DNA of 32,116 bases, from positions 5,709,926-5,742,041 of the forward strand of contig NC_068982.1 in the NCBI RefSeq assembly GCF_001194135.2, in the 5' to 3' direction. Below, piece after piece: positions 10,258 to 22,353 of this stretch. The stretch comes from Octopus bimaculoides (taxonomy: Eukaryota). Within the stretch, counting starts at the first letter, position 1, and every line of letters begins with the position of its first letter. Below the pieces are notes generated by a model. The model did not search any database, was not told where the DNA came from, and was given only the letters and a program-made list of their open reading frames with translations. Made by a program: the position numbers and the translations under genes.

Positions 10258-10408
10258 TATTTCTTTATTGCCCACAGGGGGATAAACATAGAGCAGACAA
10301 ACAAGGACAGACAAAAGGACTAAGCCGATTACATCGACCCCAGTGCGTAACTGGTACTTTTTAAATCGACCCCGAAAGGATGGAAGGTAGAGTCGACCTC
10401 GGCGGAAA
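10258..10408 (-). mobile_element. 5'-truncated family B SINE with 16-bp TSD
   Basis: Reverse match to the 3' part of the 7791 copy. GCCAACAAACGATATT at 10242-10257 and 10409-10424. Confidence 0.9.
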
Positions 10409-10471
10409 GCCAACAAACGATATTCCGACAAAGTACCAAAACGACACCTTATGACTTCCTGCGATTAACGC

Positions 10472-10473
<2 letters not shown>

Positions 10474-10510
<37 letters not shown>

Positions 10511-10533
10511 CACTCTCTCTCTCTCTCTCACTC
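10474..10533. repeat. (CT)n microsatellite
   Basis: Direct. Confidence 0.95.
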
Positions 10534-10726
10534 AGACCGCTACTATTTATAGTCGTTCGGTCAAGTCTATTCCCGCAAGGGTTGTCGTGACTCTCACCAA
10601 AACATATGCAAATATAAGAAGTGTAATAAGTACGAATTAGCGATAAAGTACGATTGTTTTTAATTTAGGCACATAAGATCAGAATTTTTCATGTGAGGAG
10701 AGTTCCTCTATATGTCTCCACGTGAG

Positions 10727-10850
10727 GAGAATTGTCGATTCTATCGACTTCGGTAGTTAACTGGTCCTTTATTTCATCGACCCCGGAAGGATGAAAGGTA
10801 AATTTGACCTCTGCGGTATTTGCACTTAGAACATAAAGGACTCGCAGAGA
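10727..10850 (-). mobile_element. Decayed family B SINE fragment
   Basis: TCGACCCCGGAAGGATGAAAGGTAAATTTGACCTC matches the reverse of the core. Confidence 0.75.
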
Positions 10851-11886
10851 TAGAGCAAAATGTTTTCCCGACACTCTGCCGATACTGGCACCCCCACCAC
10901 ACACACAAACGAAAAGCAAATCCACAAAGAGGAAGAAAATTAAATTAAAAAACAAAAACAGAACATTTTAACAGTGGCGGAATCGGGCGGAAACCAAAGA
11001 ATTCCCGTTATCGATCATTTTCGTTTCCGTACGACAGAACTGTCGTACCTGTACAACAATGTTGAAAAGCACCGGTATTTTGGATCTCGTTATTTCGGAA
11101 GTTTATTGTTCATTTCCACAATAAGGCGGCAATGTCCTTGTCTTTTTATCATTTCAAATTACATTCTATCGCCTTGAATAAACGACACATTTCATAATGT
11201 GGCCTCATATGTCTGAAAATATGATGGGACGTGTAAAATGAAATAGAATGTTGAGGTAGAATGATTTTGAATATATATCGGCCTGATCATTGCTAAATAA
11301 AGAAAATAAATGAAATAACGCTTTTCTACCAATCCAGATCATCGCAACCAGTCCAATGCTTCATATTTTCTCCATTGCTTATATTTTCATTTCTCTTTTT
11401 TTCCATCTTCTGAAGGCAATGCCCCAGCCTAACCTTGAGTGTGAAAACTAAAACAAACTACAAAATTGAAGACTTCTCATTTTTGTGTTTCTATTCTAGA
11501 CTCTATTCTATCAAATTACCTGAAACGTCGACATAAATTTCAAATCATTTTGACATCTATGCAGTAAAAAAAAACCCCCCAGAACTTATATTGTAAATCT
11601 AATGTAAACGTGACACAGACAAAGCATATTGTAAAGACATCGACATATTTGTCACTAAGGCAGCGTCACCGACAAACGAAATATAATGCCGCTCAAAATA
11701 CCACATCTAACAACTATGATGACAAAAGCGCTGGTTATATCGCCTATAAGATATACCTGCAGCCTTTAAGATGAGAGAATTAGTGATATCAACTGTCATT
11801 AAAATGTTAAATGATACTTTAATATTTAAACGAAAATAAACAAACGATAACATTGAACTCAGAAACAAATTGGCATTTCTCTTATC

Positions 11887-12260
11887 CTTTAGTTTTTTCA
11901 GTGATTAGACTGCGGCCATGCTGGGGTACAGCCTTGAAGAATTTCAAGTTGAATTGATCGACCTAAGTACTTATCTTTTGCTTAGCCTGATATTATTTTA
12001 TCGGTTATTTTTGCTGAACCGCTAAATTACGGGGGCGAAACCATACGAACACCGGTTGTCAAGCAGCGGTGGTGGACACACACACACACACACACACGAC
12101 AGGCTTCTTTCAGTTTCCGTCTACAAAATCCACTCACAAGGCTTTGGTCGGCCGAGGCTATAGTAGAAGACACTTGCCCAAGATGTCTCTCAGTGGGACT
12201 GAACCCGGGACCATGTGGCTGGTAAGCAAGCTACTTACCACACAGCCACTCCTGCGCCTA
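11887..12260 (-). mobile_element. Full-length family A SINE
   Basis: Both halves present around an internal (CA)n. Head reads TAGGCGCAGGAGTGGCTGTG on the minus strand. Confidence 0.9.
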
Positions 12261-12261
12261 C

Positions 12262-12808
12262 NNNNNNNNNNNNNNNNNNNNNNNNNNNNNNNNNNNNNNN
12301 NNNNNNNNNNNNNNNNNNNNNNNNNNNNNNNNNNNNNNNNNNNNNNNNNNNNNNNNNNNNNNNNNNNNNNNNNNNNNNNNNNNNNNNNNNNNNNNNNNNN
12401 NNNNNNNNNNNNNNNNNNNNNNNNNNNNNNNNNNNNNNNNNNNNNNNNNNNNNNNNNNNNNNNNNNNNNNNNNNNNNNNNNNNNNNNNNNNNNNNNNNNN
12501 NNNNNNNNNNNNNNNNNNNNNNNNNNNNNNNNNNNNNNNNNNNNNNNNNNNNNNNNNNNNNNNNNNNNNNNNNNNNNNNNNNNNNNNNNNNNNNNNNNNN
12601 NNNNNNNNNNNNNNNNNNNNNNNNNNNNNNNNNNNNNNNNNNNNNNNNNNNNNNNNNNNNNNNNNNNNNNNNNNNNNNNNNNNNNNNNNNNNNNNNNNNN
12701 NNNNNNNNNNNNNNNNNNNNNNNNNNNNNNNNNNNNNNNNNNNNNNNNNNNNNNNNNNNNNNNNNNNNNNNNNNNNNNNNNNNNNNNNNNNNNNNNNNNN
12801 NNNNNNNN
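12262..12808. other. Assembly gap (547 N)
   Basis: N-run. Confidence 1.
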
Positions 12809-12995
12809 TATATATATATATATATTATATACGACGGTCTTCTTTCTGTTTCCGTCTGTCAGATAACACTGACAAGGCTTTTGTCATCCGAGGCTATAGC
12901 AGGAGACATTGCCCAAGGTACTACACAGTGAAACTGAAACCGGAACAATGCAGTTGGGAAGCAAACTGTTTACCACGCAGCTACACCTGCGTCTA
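12809..12995 (-). mobile_element. Decayed family A SINE 5' half with its (AT)n
   Basis: ACGACGG.CTTCTTTC.GTTTCCGTCT..TTGCCCAAGGT..TTACCAC.CAGC. Confidence 0.8.
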
Positions 12996-13634
12996 TATCA
13001 CTGTAATATAGAAGAAATATGCAGTACTGTAAGAACAAAGATCCATAAAGTTCTTTCTGGTTCTTTCCTAAAATATGATAAGAAGTAGTCATGTGCAACG
13101 AATGTAGCCTTGTAATTCAATTCCTGTAGTTCAAAACTTCCTTTGCAATTACGCAGCAAAATGTTAATGAAACTGTCTCAGAACTTAAAGTATTTTAATC
13201 AATGCCTTTAAGAGAATTATACAATTAATTTCCTCATAGTGTCAATTGGAGCGAATGGTTTTTAGGTTACTATTTCTAGTTGAAGCCAATGACTTGTACA
13301 CAGTTTGACTGAATATTATCGAAAAGTTCCCCGTCTATACGAACAAAATGTAATGCGAACAAAATGCAAGAATTATTCCTGTATCCCGCTCCATTGATAT
13401 ACCAAATACTTAAAAAAAAAATCTTAAACTGCGACTAAGTAAAATATCTAAGACGAGACCAATATATCAACATATATTAACATATAATAACGTATATGAA
13501 CGTATATGGTTGGTCTCCAGTTAACGACATGCATACAAAGTACGCAGGGACTCGAAGCTTCAGACATATTCCATGTTGCAAACTAAAGTACAGGAACATT
13601 CTTCTGTGAATGAATATCCTTTATCGTTTGTCTT

Positions 13635-13987
13635 TTACTTGTTTCAGTCATTTAGATTGCGGCCATACTAGGGCACCGCTTTGAAGAATTTTTAATTGAA
13701 TAAATCAACCCCTATGCTTATTCATTTGTAAGACCTGAAACCCATTTTTTAAGATACGGGGACGTAAACACACCAACACAGGTTGTCAACCGGTGGTGAG
13801 GGATAAACATACACACACACACACACACGACGGACTTCTTTAAGTTTCTGTCTTGCAAATCCACTCATAAGGCTTTGGTCGGCCGGAGGCTACATTAAAA
13901 AAAGGCACTTGCCTAAGGTACCGCGCAGTGGGACTGAACTCAGAGTCATCTGGTTGTGAAGCAAGCTTCTTACTACACAACTATGCT
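13635..13987 (-). mobile_element. Near full-length family A SINE
   Basis: Both halves match other copies, with an internal (AC)n. Confidence 0.85.
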
Positions 13988-14123
13988 AATATTGAACTAA
14001 TCAGAATATCAGACTGCTTTAAATTTATTAATTAATTTTAATAACTTAAAACAGTGACAACAATAATTCTATCAATACTAACCATTGATAATACAGTAAT
14101 TAGTAAAGAGATGAAGAGGTATA

Positions 14124-14988
14124 CGAGGTTTGATCAATAAGTATCTGGACTGTTGCCATAGTAACGAAGTTAAAGTACGCAGAGTGAAACCGCTTGGCAC
14201 AGATTGACCTTAAACTCTGCTACGCATGTGCAGCTCACTTCCGCTGTTTACAACAGTGCTTGGAAGGAAAGTATGTCGCGTGTAATTGTCGCATTGACCA
14301 TGACAGAGAGAGTTGTCATGGCGATACCTGCTCAGAGGCCAGCGCAAAGTTGCCGAAAGTGTATGGAGAGGAGTGTATGAGCCGCACACAAGTGTACGAG
14401 TGGTTCAGGCGTTTCCAAGACGGCCGAAAAAATGTCGATATTGACGAACGTTCTAGGAGGCATGCAACTAGCAGAACTGAGAAAAACATCGCAAATATAC
14501 GGGAAAATCGTCGAATCACCATCTGTAAGTTTTCAGATGATGTACAGATTAGTTACGGTTCAGTTCAGTCCATTATCACTGACGATTTGGGTATGAGACG
14601 TGTGTCTGCCAAATTTGTGCCGAAACTGCTTTCAGCTGACCAAAACGACACTCGGGTTTCAGTTGCACAAGATCTCCATGATTATGTCGAGAACGATGAA
14701 AACTTTTTGAAAACTTTGCGCAGGCCTCTGAGCAGGTATCGCCAAGCTTTTGGCAAAATTTGATGCAGATTCTCCGCTCAACTTTCTATGTCATGGTCAA
14801 TATGACGATCACACGCTACACACTTTTCTTCCAAGCACTGCTGTAAACAGTGGAAGTAAGTTAGAACATTAAAACTTAGTGCACATGCACAGCAGAGTTC
14901 AAAGTCAATATGTGCCAAGCGGCTTCATTCTGCATGCTTTAGTTTCGTTACTATAACAACAGTCCGGATACTTATTGATCAGACCACA
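14124..14988 (+). mobile_element. Mariner-derived foldback element: 5' part of the transposase plus an inverted second 5' end
   Basis: TA flanks (14122-14123, 14989-14990). Terminal 45 nt match at 39/45. Inverted homology continues about 230-280 nt into the coding region. Confidence 0.9.
14300..14717 (+). pseudogene. Mariner (Mos1/SETMAR-like) transposase N-terminal fragment, ending before the catalytic DDD domain
   Basis: KVYGEECMSRTQVYEWFRRFQDGR (HTH), LGMRRVSAKFVPKLL (WVPHEL-equivalent), ENDENFLKT. About 30 nt deleted shortly after the ATG at 14300. Confidence 0.9.
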
Positions 14989-15565
14989 TATTTTTGGAAT
15001 AGGCGACAAGAAACACAATCCAGATTCCCAGCATCTTTAAGTGTATAAGGTGCGGTCGGAGTCAGTCATTTGTCCAGTTTGAAATGGTAATCAAACCTCC
15101 AACAGATCGCACTCTATAGTCTTAAAAAAAAAGAAATGCTGGTCGCTACTGAAACCCCTTAAAACATAGGTCTGCCTACTCGGGGCTAAATGAAGGTTAA
15201 ACAAAACAAACCTATAAAACTATAGAGAAAACACCAACGACGGCAACAACAAGAAGACCAGTAATAAAAGTATGATTTAGTGTCAGCAAGTACAGACGAT
15301 AAAAAGAAATAAAATAGAATAAAAATATCAATTAAATAATACGTAGAAATCTTGCTTGATGGAGCCATGGTTGAACTACATAACCACGCCTCAATCTACT
15401 CCTTATGTGTTGTAATGTATAGAAGAAGAAATCCGATCACAATTTCACACGAATTAAGCTGTCTTGCAAGAATAAATTTCAACACTGAGAGCTTTTATGT
15501 TGCTACAAACGAATTAAGATGGGTAATTACTGCAACCGACTGGAGCCATCTGAAATTGCCGACGA

Positions 15566-15581
15566 TACATACATACATACA

Positions 15582-15613
<32 letters not shown>

Positions 15614-15998
15614 AACGGAAATATATATATATATATATATATACCTAAAATGTATATACATACACACACACACACATATGTGCATATATATATCTATATA
15701 TATATATATATATATATACCTAAAAATATGTATACATACATACATATGTATACATGTATGTATATGCATCTATGTATATGCATATATGCATATATGCATA
15801 TATGTGTATATGTGTATATATATATATGTATGTATACATACACACACATTTACAGACATAGGCATAAATCAGTAACACTCTTAACGCAGAAACACACTCC
15901 CCGCTATACATACATACATACATACATATATATGTGTGCGTGTATATGTATGTATGCACATTATATATACATGCGTGTGTGTGTATATGCATGTATGT
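15566..15998. repeat. Compound (ATAC)n/(AT)n/(AC)n microsatellite
   Basis: Direct. Confidence 0.95.
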
Positions 15999-16140
15999 NN
16001 NNNNNNNNNNNNNNNNNNNNNNNNNNNNNNNNNNNNNNNNNNNNNNNNNNNNNNNNNNNNNNNNNNNNNNNNNNNNNNNNNNNNNNNNNNNNNNNNNNNN
16101 NNNNNNNNNNNNNNNNNNNNNNNNNNNNNNNNNNNNNNNN
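15999..16140. other. Assembly gap (142 N)
   Basis: N-run. Confidence 1.
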
Positions 16141-16278
16141 TACCTTACGTAGCTATATTATCTCCACAGTTTTATCTATTTGAGTTTAATAATTCATAAA
16201 CACACCTACACATATACACACACACGTCCACGCACACAATGTGCACACGCATATATATGTTCGTGCATTGTATAAGCA

Positions 16279-16540
16279 TACATACATACATACATACATA
16301 CATACATACATACATACCCTGTTGTTGATGTTGAAATTCCAATGAAGCAGCCTTGGATCTAGGTTAGAAACCGGTTCTTTCTCTATTGGCAAGAAATCTT
16401 GAAATAAACTGAATAATGACACATATACATACATAAAAACATACTTACATTCATACATACATACATACATACATACATACATACATACATAGATGTATAC
16501 ATGCATACATACATACATACATACATACATACATACACAT
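16279..16540 (+). repeat. (ATAC)n arrays enclosing a 100-nt unique segment (16319-16420), possibly a retroelement 3' end with an (ATAC)n tail
   Basis: The arrays are direct. The retroelement reading is from my recollection of octopus repeats only. Confidence 0.6.
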
Positions 16541-16542
16541 GG

Positions 16543-17003
16543 TTGCAATATATCGGATGCAGGTGAGCATCGTTAGCCAGCTACAGGAAATGTCTTCTTG
16601 GAGTTAAAAAATCGCAGGGACGCCCTGTCGCATGGAACAGCCATGTTGAAGTGGCGACAAACATTACTTTCCAGTACAGTTACTGCCTTCATCTATTACG
16701 GAGATTTTATAACTAGCTTTTTGCTTGTTGCAAGATCAGCGACGAAATGTTGCTTGATTTTCTATTGCGAACTGGAGCAAACGACGGCCATCTCTAGAAG
16801 ACAAGGCGTTCAGCACTGAGGATGAGCAGAAATAACCCGAAACCAAGTTAGTCTGTTGGTCCTGTCGATAGAAGGTGGCAGGGGTTCGCTCCCCTGCTTG
16901 CAATATATCGGATGCAGGTGTGCACCGTTAACCTGCTAGAGCAAATGTCCTCTTGGGGTTAAAAAATCGCAGGAACGCCCTTTCGTACTGAAAAGCCATG
17001 TTG
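16543..17003 (+). repeat. 106-bp direct repeat (16543-16648, 16898-17003), period 355 nt
   Basis: Hand alignment: 92/106 identical, no indels. Confidence 0.9.
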
Positions 17004-17487
17004 GAGACAAACACACACACACACACATATATATGTGTGTATGTGTATATATATATATATATATAAATATAAATATGAGACATATGCCCTAATGACGAAC
17101 TACCTCAGCACACAAGTATAAGAACACCATATCCAGAACAAAAAACAGAATAATACAAACAAATTTGATCATGCAACAGTTTGCCCACATGACAAATCCA
17201 ATAGTGACAAACATCCAAAAGATACGACTCAATAATAACATCCCTTGATTCATTGATTCATTGTTTTGTTTACGTGAATTTACGAGAAACCCCGTGAGCT
17301 AAGCGAGGGTGTCTTTTCGAAAATAGAGGCGAACACCTTTTTCCATGTGATCGGCTTGAAAAATCGATAAAACACTGGAATATTTTCCTGCTTTTCTTAA
17401 CATGAAACCAATACTACGCTTTAATTCACAAATAAAGAAATTATATCCAGCAATGCGGTGTTGAGCATTTTCATCGTTCGACATTTA

Positions 17488-17503
17488 CACACACACGCGC
17501 ACG

Positions 17504-17579
<76 letters not shown>

Positions 17580-17600
17580 TGTGTGCGTGTATGCGTGTGT
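17488..17600. repeat. (CA)n microsatellite
   Basis: Direct. Confidence 0.95.
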
Positions 17601-17856
17601 GTATCTGGTTTGTACAGTTAAATGTACGAGGACCACTGTTTGAGTTAGAGCTCCACGTAGATTATCATCATCCCGTCTGCTTCGAGTAAAGTGGTTAGTC
17701 TACCATTGTACTTAACAGTGTTACTAGTTATAATATACCGAACATATGTTGTGCAAATTAAGATAAAGACGAGTATAAATATTTAGTTCCTACTAAATAT
17801 TTATACGAATGTTTATCGTAATTCCCACAATATATTTATAAATAAATACATATATA

Positions 17857-18320
17857 NNNNNNNNNNNNNNNNNNNNNNNNNNNNNNNNNNNNNNNNNNNN
17901 NNNNNNNNNNNNNNNNNNNNNNNNNNNNNNNNNNNNNNNNNNNNNNNNNNNNNNNNNNNNNNNNNNNNNNNNNNNNNNNNNNNNNNNNNNNNNNNNNNNN
18001 NNNNNNNNNNNNNNNNNNNNNNNNNNNNNNNNNNNNNNNNNNNNNNNNNNNNNNNNNNNNNNNNNNNNNNNNNNNNNNNNNNNNNNNNNNNNNNNNNNNN
18101 NNNNNNNNNNNNNNNNNNNNNNNNNNNNNNNNNNNNNNNNNNNNNNNNNNNNNNNNNNNNNNNNNNNNNNNNNNNNNNNNNNNNNNNNNNNNNNNNNNNN
18201 NNNNNNNNNNNNNNNNNNNNNNNNNNNNNNNNNNNNNNNNNNNNNNNNNNNNNNNNNNNNNNNNNNNNNNNNNNNNNNNNNNNNNNNNNNNNNNNNNNNN
18301 NNNNNNNNNNNNNNNNNNNN
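17857..18320. other. Assembly gap (464 N)
   Basis: N-run. Confidence 1.
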
Positions 18321-18323
18321 TAT

Positions 18324-18545
18324 AGGCGCAGGAGTGGCTGAGTGTTAACAAGCTTGCTTCCCAGCCATATGGTTCCGGGTTCAGTCCCACTGCGTGGCAC
18401 CTTGGGCAAGTGTCTTTTGCTATAACCTCGGGGCCGACCAAAGTCTTGTGAGTGGATTTGGTAGACGTAAACTGAAAGAAGCCCGTCGTATATATGTATA
18501 TATATATATATATATATATACATATATGTATATATACATATGTAC
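18324..18545 (+). mobile_element. Family A SINE 5' half ending in (AT)n
   Basis: AGGCGCAGGAGTGGCTG..GGTTCAGTCCC..GCACCTTGGGCAAG..GAAAGAAGCCCGTCG. Confidence 0.9.
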
Positions 18546-19183
18546 GTATAGAGTGTTAGGTGTGGTGTACAAAAATTGAATAATGAGAAAAAAATCGTCA
18601 GAATTTTGGAAAAGAAATCTTTTTATTTCTTCATTATTATTAACGCTTTCGTTCGTTTCTCGAAATTGTGAAATAAAACTTTTTGAATATACAAACAGCT
18701 TGTTCATTTATGTAAAACAGATGTATCTTTGGGGTTTTGTTTAGAAGAAGAGAACATTGTTTTTGTTTTTTGGGGGTGAGGTTCTGTGACAATGGTGATA
18801 GATAGAATATTTATCTATTTATCTATCAGCTATCTACCTACCTATATTTCTATCTATCTCCATTGTCATGAAGCCTCATTCCCTTAATTGAACCCCACTC
18901 TATCTAATTGAAGAAATGTGCATACATGTGCAACCTACAAAGGGCGCAAAAATGTAAATCATTCTGACGAGGTTTGTTACATGGGACGAGATAAATGCAA
19001 ATTTACCTTAAAAATAACAAACTGAAACACCTGTAAATGTTATTTAAACTACAATTACACTATGACCATTTAATACCAATTACTGTTAACCTGATAGCAA
19101 GGCCTATATATAGGGAGGTAATACACCAGTAGTGCCTACGGATACATCTATCCCTTAGACGGTTGCATAACCTCTGACTCGCG

Positions 19184-19226
<43 letters not shown>

Positions 19227-19694
19227 NNNNNNNNNNNNNNNNNNNNNNNNNNNNNNNNNNNNNNNNNNNNNNNNNNNNNNNNNNNNNNNNNNNNNNNNNN
19301 NNNNNNNNNNNNNNNNNNNNNNNNNNNNNNNNNNNNNNNNNNNNNNNNNNNNNNNNNNNNNNNNNNNNNNNNNNNNNNNNNNNNNNNNNNNNNNNNNNNN
19401 NNNNNNNNNNNNNNNNNNNNNNNNNNNNNNNNNNNNNNNNNNNNNNNNNNNNNNNNNNNNNNNNNNNNNNNNNNNNNNNNNNNNNNNNNNNNNNNNNNNN
19501 NNNNNNNNNNNNNNNNNNNNNNNNNNNNNNNNNNNNNNNNNNNNNNNNNNNNNNNNNNNNNNNNNNNNNNNNNNNNNNNNNNNNNNNNNNNNNNNNNNNN
19601 NNNNNNNNNNNNNNNNNNNNNNNNNNNNNNNNNNNNNNNNNNNNNNNNNNNNNNNNNNNNNNNNNNNNNNNNNNNNNNNNNNNNNNNNNNNNNN
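19227..19694. other. Assembly gap (468 N) between (AT)n and (AC)n runs
   Basis: N-run. Confidence 1.
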
Positions 19695-19736
<42 letters not shown>

Positions 19737-20264
19737 CCATTCCCAATACAGCCAGTAGAGCAAGTGTGTCTTCGACTATATACGCGTGGGTTGATAGTGG
19801 AATTTGGTAGGCAATATAAGAGATCAACATGAACCAGTGGGCTTGATATAATTAACTGAAACGATAGGGAAGAGATCCAACATAGGTTATGCTTAATGAG
19901 GGGAGACATTATAGAATTGTAGAGAGATCAGGAATCGAACCTAAAGATATTTCAGTTGCCATCTTGAAACACCATTAACCGCGTTGTGAACGTGCAATGT
20001 GTCTTGGGTGAGAACTGGTCTGCTTGCAGAGATATCATGCTATGTCATGGGACATCATTGAAGTTCGCATTTAAACCACAGAGGTTTGAGAGAGCTCCGG
20101 GAAACACAAACCTCACCTCCTGCGTAGCAAGCCAGAGCAATCCCAAAGGTTCGAGAGCCTCTAGAGAGCACACGTCTCACCTCTCGCCCAGCAACACCAA
20201 GTTTTCCTTTACTGAATCCAGCTAGAAATGAAAGGGATTCTTTTTTTGTTTTTTTAATAGATTT

Positions 20265-20635
20265 GCCACAGGAGTGGCTGTGTAGTAAGTAGCTTGCTTA
20301 CCAACCACATGGTTCCGGGTTAAGTCCCACTGCGTGGCACCTTGGGCAAGTGTCTTCTACTATAGCCTCGGGCCGACCAAAGCCTTGTCGGTGTATTTGG
20401 TAGACATGTGTGTATATGTTTGTGTGTCTGTGTTTTTCCCCCCAACATCGCTTGACAACCGATGCTGGTGTGTTTACGTCCCCATAAACTGTTTTAAGTT
20501 ATTCGGCAAAAGAGACCGATAGAATAAGTACGAGGCTGACAGAGAATAAGTCCTGGGGTCGATTTGCTCGACTAAAAGCGGTGCTCCAGCATGGCCGCAG
20601 TCAAATGACTGAAACAAGTAAAAAAAAAAAAAAAA
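20265..20635 (+). mobile_element. Near full-length family A SINE with A-tail and a small central deletion
   Basis: tRNA-like head, CORE-like CACCTTGGGCAAG, 3' CAGCATGGCCGCAGTCAAATGACTGAAACAAGT, then an A-run. Confidence 0.92.
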
Positions 20636-20763
20636 CAACTCTTCCCAGCACCTCGAACGTTAGAAACCAATATTACTCTGAGCTCGATTCCTTGTCTCGC
20701 TACGTTACCACCAGCAACCAAGAGACATTTATATTTAGTTGTTCCCTTGTTCAATAAGCATTA

Positions 20764-21123
20764 GGTGTGGCTGTATGGTAAGACGTTTGCGTCCCAACAA
20801 GACGGTTCTGGGTTCAATCCCCCTGCCGACTAAAGCTTTGCCAGAGGATTTGGTAAACGGAAACTGAAAGAAGCCCGTCGTATATATATATTTCTATATA
20901 TGTATATATGTGTGAGTGTGTCTGCGTTTGCCCCACACCCATCGCTAACCAACCAGTGTCAGTGAGCTTATATGCCCGTAACTTAGCGGTTCAGCAAAAA
21001 TGACCGATAGAATATGTAACAGGCTTAAAAAGTGTAAATACTGGGGACGAATTATTCCACTAAAAATTCCTCATGGTGGTGTTCCAGTATGGCCGCAGTC
21101 TAATGTGCGAAACAGGCAAAAGG
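20764..21123 (+). mobile_element. Older family A SINE variant with an internal deletion
   Basis: GTGGCTGTATGGTAAG..GGGTTCAATCCC..GAAAGAAGCCCGTCG..CGTAACTTAGCGGTTC..GGCCGCAGTCTAATG. Confidence 0.85.
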
Positions 21124-21124
21124 T

Positions 21125-21128
<4 letters not shown>

Positions 21129-21194
<66 letters not shown>

Positions 21195-21239
21195 GATGGG
21201 AGAGAAAGTGGATGAAAAATTAAATAGGATAGATAGATA

Positions 21240-21270
<31 letters not shown>

Positions 21271-21272
21271 GG
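21129..21272. repeat. (AT)n/(AG)n/(AGAT)n microsatellites
   Basis: Direct. Confidence 0.9.
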
Positions 21273-21699
21273 GAGGTACATATATATGTACGTACGTCCA
21301 CTTGTTTTGGAACAAACTAATAAATAGGTTCACACACACTATCGCCTCTAAAAATGATTGGAGTTATTTTAATCAATGTGAATCAATTTTTATACATTTC
21401 TCACCGAAATATGGTAGACTTTGTTCTGGCGGAACAATTTAATCCTTTGTCTGATATTATAAACTTGATACACTTTTGTTTTCCTTGCGTTCTCTTTTAT
21501 CAGTTTGTAATAATATTTACACAATCATATTGTTATTTAGAAAAAGAGACAATTGGTCAGGGCATAGCACGAGTGACAAACGCGCTTCGTGAGTATTTGA
21601 TTCCGGGTTTGATCAAACTGGGCGACGCTTTAGGAAAGTGTCATTAACAAAAGTCTCGGCCTCACTTACGGCCTGTAAGCGAAATCATACACACCATAG

Positions 21700-21792
21700 A
21701 TACACACACTACATACATACATACACATTTTCATACATACATACATACATACATACATACATACATAATTCATACATACATACATACATAAA

Positions 21793-21824
<32 letters not shown>

Positions 21825-21930
21825 CATACATACATACATACATACATACATACACACACACATACATACATACATACATACATAATTCATACATACATAC
21901 ATACATACATACATACATACATACATACAT
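21700..21930. repeat. (ATAC)n microsatellite
   Basis: Direct. Confidence 0.95.
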
Positions 21931-22080
21931 AGGCGCAGGCGTGGCTTCCCAACCACATGGTCCCCGGTTCATTCCCACTGCGTGGCACCTTGGGCAAGTG
22001 GCTGGTACTATAACCTCGGGCTGACCAAAGCCTTGTGAGTCGATTTGGTTGACGGAAATTGAAATATATGTATATGTATA

Positions 22081-22135
<55 letters not shown>

Positions 22136-22353
22136 TTATGTGCGCGTGTTTATATCTGTGTCCCCCCCCCCATCATCGCTTGACAACCGATGTTGGTGTG
22201 TTTACTTCTCCGTAACTTAGTGGTTCGGCAGAAGAGACCGATAGAATAAGCACCAGGCTTGCAAAGAATAAGTCCAGGGGTCGATTTGTTCGACTAAAAG
22301 GCGGTGTTCCAGCATGGCCACAGTCAATTGACTGAAACAAATAAAGTAAAAGA
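21931..22353 (+). mobile_element. Near full-length family A SINE with expanded internal (TATATG)/(GT)n
   Basis: Both halves match other copies; short deletion in the head. Confidence 0.9.

Noticed and set aside
16878-16897. CAGGGGTT..CCCCTG read as fused hAT termini or a Helitron 3' hairpin
   Set aside because: No 8-bp TSD and no CTRR end downstream.
19927-20225. Box B-like AGGAATCGAACC, a loose 65-nt tandem similarity and a 79-aa ORF
   Set aside because: Similarities are too weak to separate from chance and the peptide is unrecognised.
21504-21594. Possible plus-strand exon (TTTTATCAG acceptor, GTGAGT donor)
   Set aside because: Weak exon-side donor context (TTC), no recognisable peptide, no partner exons.
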